Source: an uncultured bacterium
GTDB lineage: Bacteria; Zhuqueibacterota; QNDG01; DTFT01
DNA length: 64,000 nucleotides
Assembly (NCBI GenBank): GCA_963736115.1
Contig: CAVTNR010000010.1
Location: 32,001 to 96,000, forward strand
Reading direction: 5' to 3'
This document shows, piece after piece, positions 58,401-64,000 of the stretch (positions are counted from its first letter, which is position 1; the number at the start of each line of letters is the position of its first letter). Both the position numbers and the translations under genes were made by a program. The notes beneath the pieces are model-generated. The model made no database searches. It had not been told where the DNA came from and worked only from the letters and a program-made list of their open reading frames with translations.

Positions 58401-58848
58401 CATAGCTGATGGCCTGCCCGTTGGCGTTGTTCAGGCCGAGCCAGCCGGGCCCCGGCAGAGCGCCGTCCGGGGAAAGCTCCACCGCCCGATCGGCGAACAG
58501 ATAGGTATGGGTCTTGACCCTTGTCGCGGCTGTATCCGCGGCCATGGCCACGGCTCGAACGCAGAAACCGGGCGCCCGGTCCCGCCCCCGCGTATTCGCT
58601 GGATCCACGCGGACCGCAACGGGCGATGTCCCGGAAAAAGCGGTGGACGACGTGACCGGATCGGTTCCGTCCAGGGTGTACCGGATCGTCAAACCGGGAG
58701 GCGTGGTGGAGAGCGTCAGATCGAAATTGTCCCGGTAAAAACCGCGATCGGGATCGAAGTGCAGAACGACGTCTTCCGTGTCCTGGCCGTACGACAGACA
58801 CGCGAAAAGGAGCAGCAGGCCGGCTGCACGGTTCCTGAAATCGATCAC
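55462..58848 (-). CDS. CotH kinase-like protein with CHB_HEX_C-like, lamin-tail and T9SS C-terminal domains
   Basis: IRYTLDGT.P, G.RIRGG.SR, LYING.YWGLY...ER, ESARWGD, ITEL.YHP..EFIE.KN (LTD), QNFPNPFN. GTG start at 58848 inferred. Confidence 0.85.
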   Translation of the reverse strand: MIDFRNRAAGLLLLFACLSYGQDTEDVVLHFDPDRGFYRDNFDLTLSTTPPGLTIRYTLDGTDPVTSSTAFSGTSPVAVRVDPANTRGRDRAPGFCVRAVAMAADTAATRVKTHTYLFADRAVELSPDGALPGPGWLGLNNANGQAISYGMDPEVCNSGLYKDKIVAALTELPTFSMVMDLKDLFDPRTGIYVNALEHGREWERPCSVELIHPDGTDGFQINCGVRIRGGWSRNNTNPKRAFRWFFRQEYGEGKLKVPLFGDEGVDAFDNVDLRTAMNYSWSYGAEDPSKNTMIRDVFCRDMQRDMGRPYTRSRAAHLYINGTYWGLYETEERPEASYAASYFGGDPEDYDVIKVDAGYMGAFDIEATDGTLDAWRRLWEASMAGFATTEAYHHVQGLNPDGTRNPEYEVLLDVDDLIDFMLTIFITGEADGPVSGFRNNQEPNNFYAIYNHREKNRGFIFIRHDAEHTLGAQSFGDDRTGPFPGGSVFLESNPQWFHQKLCENPLYRSRFADRVHRHFFNGGALTPQANIDRFLARKKMIDLAIIAESARWGDSKREPAFTRDNAWLPEINRILEQFFPDRTERVLGQLRARGWVSRVQPPEFSSESRRVQPGFQLAMTAPRGQIHYTTDGTDPVLPLDAETRMTALIAESASKKVIVPQAAVSAGWRLSAGFDDSAWRSGSGNVGYERGQGYENTIGINVAAEMVQKRTSCCVRIPFSAEPSWIDSLNVLTLRMRYDDGFAAWLNGVKVAEANAPAGPAWNAAATADHEAEAWEPFDVSGFVDLLVPGLNLLAIQGLNNGANSSDFLIGAELTAGVSSNPARLSEKARLYTEPLVIHQTTCVRARVLDGMDWSAGQEAEFRILNGTENLRITELHYHPLGDTANESGEYEFIEFKNIGHETLDLSGMFFSAGVSFEFPVQTAIGPENFIVLASNRNAFSGRYGFQAFGEYEGQLDNSGETIALSAASGDTILRIRYNDRYPWPRSADGDGFSLVPREPDPSGDPEDAGNWTASAGIHGNPGHDNIPVSVTEPGRPAAPIEFRLAQNFPNPFNAMTTLVFHVPRPASITIKVYDILGREAAALVSRDFEPGVHSFQWDASGLASGVYFCRLTASDGFSTVRKLLYIQ

Positions 58849-58968
58849 TTCGACATCCCTTCCGATTGACTTCGATGCGTCATCAACCGCTTCTCCCGTC
58901 CGCGGTTCCATTCCCGGGTCGGCGATGCGCTCCGGTGTTTCCGCGCGCACGCGCCGCCGAGCTTTTCG

Positions 58969-60498
58969 TCATTTCCGGATGCCGGCCCGGATCTGGGTGA
59001 TCGAATGCGGCGGGAAGGCGAATGAAAGGGTTTTCCCTTGCGGCTTCAACTCCCGGGTGACCGGCATGTACTGCTCCCGCTTTCCGTAAACGAACGGCTC
59101 GTTCAAGGATTCGGCCGTCAGAATGTCGGCCGCGGCCTTTCCCGTCCAATCGCCGGACTGGCTGATGATTTCGGCCGGTATGGCCTTGTCCCTGTGACGG
59201 TTCACGACAGTGACGACAACCTCGCCCTTCTCCTTCGAATACACCGACGTCACGTCCAGGTAGGGAATCCCCTTGTACCGTTCCGTGTTAAAGGTGTCGC
59301 ATTGCACGTGCGCGTCGAGCGAAACGCCGAGGCAGTTGTTCGAGAACAGCTTGAACGCATGGAAGAGCGGCGACTTGTATGTCCCCTTTTCCCGGTCGGA
59401 CCCGAGAAGCGACGTCAGCATGGTGAAATTGGTCATTTTCACCACGTCCGCGTGGCGGATGAACGCGTTGAGGCACTGCGCGACCGGCAGGACGGACCTG
59501 AAATCCCTGCCGAAGGTGCCCCATTCGTCGAAAGAAATCGCGATCGGATTCCGGAAACCCTTCATCGCCCGGGCCGCTTCGATCTCGGCGGCCGTGACCG
59601 TGATTTTTTCCTCGAAATCCATGGCGCTCTGCCCCATGAACGTGTAGTAGTCCGGTGAATTTTCCCAGTACCGGTGGATGGAGATGTAATCGATCAAGTC
59701 GCCGAGCCCCTCGAGCACTTTCCGGTTCCAATCGACCCAGATTCCGGTGCTCTCGTAGTGCGAGGATCCGGAGGCGACAAAACGGATGTCCGGATCCACA
59801 GACCGCATGGCCTTGGCCGCTTCCCGGCCGATCTTGACGTAGTCGTCCGCGTTTTTGTATCCCAGTTCCCACGGCGCGCCGTCCACCTCATTGCCCAGAT
59901 CCCAGATGCGGATGCCGTACGGCTTCGCGTTCCCGGTCCGGACGCGCAGGTCGGAATAATGGGTGCCTTTCGCATAATTGCAGTACTCGACCCACCCCAC
60001 CGCGTCCTTGATGCCGGCCAGGCCCAGGTTGACGCAGACGATATTCTCGCTTCCGATGGCCCGGTTCAACTGAACCCACTCGTCCGTTCCGACATGGTTG
60101 TTGTCGATTCCGCCCCAGGCGAGATTGATGCGGCGGGGACGCTCGGCCTTGGGTCCGATGCCGTCCTGCCAGTCGTATCCCATGACGAAATTACCGCCCG
60201 GCCAGCGCATGTTGGTGATCTTCAGCTCCTGCATGGCCTCGATGTAGTCCCTGCGGAATCCGTTTTCGTCCGCCAGAGGGGAGGACGGATCGTACAGGTT
60301 GCCGTACAGGGTGTTGAAACGCGCCGAGTCCGGCATTCCCATCCGCCTGCCGCTGAATTCGATGGGTTCCATGAATACGCCGTAGATTTTAGAATCGATC
60401 TCGCCGATCTTCCTGTCGACATCGATCTTGATTCGTGCGGTCTGGGCGGAAGCGGACATCGATAACGCCAGCATCAGCGGAACAAGGCATTTCTTCAT
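58969..60498 (-). CDS. GH51 alpha-L-arabinofuranosidase
   Basis: IYG.F.E, RWPGGNF, W.DGIGP..RP, W.LGNE.DG.W, ISFDEW, VVNRH, FPPHSIT. Confidence 0.93.
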   Translation of the reverse strand: MKKCLVPLMLALSMSASAQTARIKIDVDRKIGEIDSKIYGVFMEPIEFSGRRMGMPDSARFNTLYGNLYDPSSPLADENGFRRDYIEAMQELKITNMRWPGGNFVMGYDWQDGIGPKAERPRRINLAWGGIDNNHVGTDEWVQLNRAIGSENIVCVNLGLAGIKDAVGWVEYCNYAKGTHYSDLRVRTGNAKPYGIRIWDLGNEVDGAPWELGYKNADDYVKIGREAAKAMRSVDPDIRFVASGSSHYESTGIWVDWNRKVLEGLGDLIDYISIHRYWENSPDYYTFMGQSAMDFEEKITVTAAEIEAARAMKGFRNPIAISFDEWGTFGRDFRSVLPVAQCLNAFIRHADVVKMTNFTMLTSLLGSDREKGTYKSPLFHAFKLFSNNCLGVSLDAHVQCDTFNTERYKGIPYLDVTSVYSKEKGEVVVTVVNRHRDKAIPAEIISQSGDWTGKAAADILTAESLNEPFVYGKREQYMPVTRELKPQGKTLSFAFPPHSITQIRAGIRK

Positions 60499-60633
60499 GT
60501 CGGTTCTCTCTTTGGATGGTGAATGGACTCGAGGCCGGATTTCCGAAAATCCATTGAAGCTGAAAAACAATCTCCGTCCCGAGTCGGCCCCGGGACGGAG
60601 ATGGAAGCGTGCGTTCCTGTCTTTCCGGCCCGG

Positions 60634-63132
<2,499 letters not shown>

Positions 63133-63149
63133 CTGACTGCCTCCTTTGA

Positions 63150-64000
63150 TTAACGGATTTCTTCGAAAACCATACTGTCCAGGTTCACATTGTCCGCATC
63201 AATCACGAGTTTCAGCTCATGCGCACCCGTTTCGAGTTTCACGGTTCTCTCGATCTTCGTCCAGTTCTGATACGCGCCGGTGAAGGGGACCGGAACGATC
63301 CCGGTGATATCCCTGCCGTCGCATTCGAGATGCATTTGGCCGCCTTCGCTGCCGGAGGCGACGGAGAATGAAACCTTGTATGCCGCGGATCGATCGATGG
63401 TGACGGAATACGCCATCCATTCCCCGGCATGGGTCCAGCCCACGTTATAACCGCCCGTGGAGCATCTTTCGATGTCCACGGCCTGATTGAGACGGTATTG
63501 CCCGCCTTCGTTCACTTCATTCCGGTCCGAATAGGCGTTTTCGGGACATCCGGCGTCGAAATCCTCGGCTTCCACGGTTCCGGGAATCCTGTGGGGTTTG
63601 AAGGCGGTTTGAGGCGTCTCGCAGACTTCCGCGAGATTCCACCCGGAAACCGGTCCGCTTTCATCGCCGGACAGCCCGGCTTTACTGCCTTCGGCCGGGG
63701 CGGCGCCCGCGGTCAGGAGCAGACCGGGGAACCGGCCATTGGAAATCCGGAGCAGTCCGCTGTTCCCGTTCTCGATTTTCCAGAGCTGACCGTCCTCTCC
63801 CGTCCATGCCGACAGAATCGGGGACTGACCGGCCTCGTCGCACCCGATGACAAGGCCGCTTTCCCGGTTGGCGATTTGATAGATACCCCTCCCCTTGCAC
63901 TCCAGTTTCCATTGACCGGATGGGTTCCTTCGTTTCCCGGTCAGGCTTAAATCCGAACCCAGCACCAGCCCTCTCGTCCGGCCTCCGGGGACCAGGACAT
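63150..64000 (-). CDS. C-terminal part of a protein with ricin-B lectin and CBM6-like domains (5' end outside the window)
   Basis: QW repeats (GQWKL, GQLWKI); IPG.VEAEDFD, YNVGW...GEW..Y.V, TG.YQNW, NLD...F. Frame open to the edge. Confidence 0.8.
   Translation of the reverse strand, partial: VLVPGGRTRGLVLGSDLSLTGKRRNPSGQWKLECKGRGIYQIANRESGLVIGCDEAGQSPILSAWTGEDGQLWKIENGNSGLLRISNGRFPGLLLTAGAAPAEGSKAGLSGDESGPVSGWNLAEVCETPQTAFKPHRIPGTVEAEDFDAGCPENAYSDRNEVNEGGQYRLNQAVDIERCSTGGYNVGWTHAGEWMAYSVTIDRSAAYKVSFSVASGSEGGQMHLECDGRDITGIVPVPFTGAYQNWTKIERTVKLETGAHELKLVIDADNVNLDSMVFEEIR

Overview
A 64-kb, mostly GC-rich bacterial chromosomal segment. Many secreted proteins end in a (N)YPNPFNP T9SS/FlgD-type sorting domain, and a TonB receptor / large protein / PorV-PorQ triad is present. 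Both point to the FCB superphylum (KSB1/Ignavibacteria-like; inference). Layout: (1) 1-11.3 kb is an accessory region 3' of tRNA-Ala with an AAA+/DUF4143 ATPase, ygiQ, an AbiEi/AbiEii type IV toxin-antitoxin pair, a 54-bp-repeat coiled-coil gene, a YCF48/BNR protein and a Fib_succ_major lipoprotein, with a palindromic repeat in each of the five intergenic gaps up to 8.3 kb. (2) 11.6-28 kb holds housekeeping and envelope genes: a metalloprotease, der, DUF512, an AI-2E transporter, a four-gene LPP20/TPR-SLH/FlgT_N/CsgG operon, tRNA-Gly, acyP, an HI0933 flavoprotein, two receiver proteins and a flippase. (3) AraC, a CBM9-like protein and a TetR-TolC-MFP-RND efflux operon. (4) An unusual chemoreceptor. 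(5) A long plant-glycan cluster: GH3-PA14, PL10, the TBDR triad, LamG, CotH, GH51, two CE1 esterases (one frameshifted) and a ricin/CBM6 protein. Most notable: a ~45-bp mini-module present in 7 copies that sits inside other palindromic elements, with filled and empty sites both visible; a chemoreceptor with an apparently circularly permuted sugar-binding protein spliced into its cytoplasmic coiled coil; and an FlgO/FlgP/FlgT-like envelope operon with an SLH lipoprotein and no flagellar or curli neighbours. All calls are from motif reading by eye; no database searches were run.
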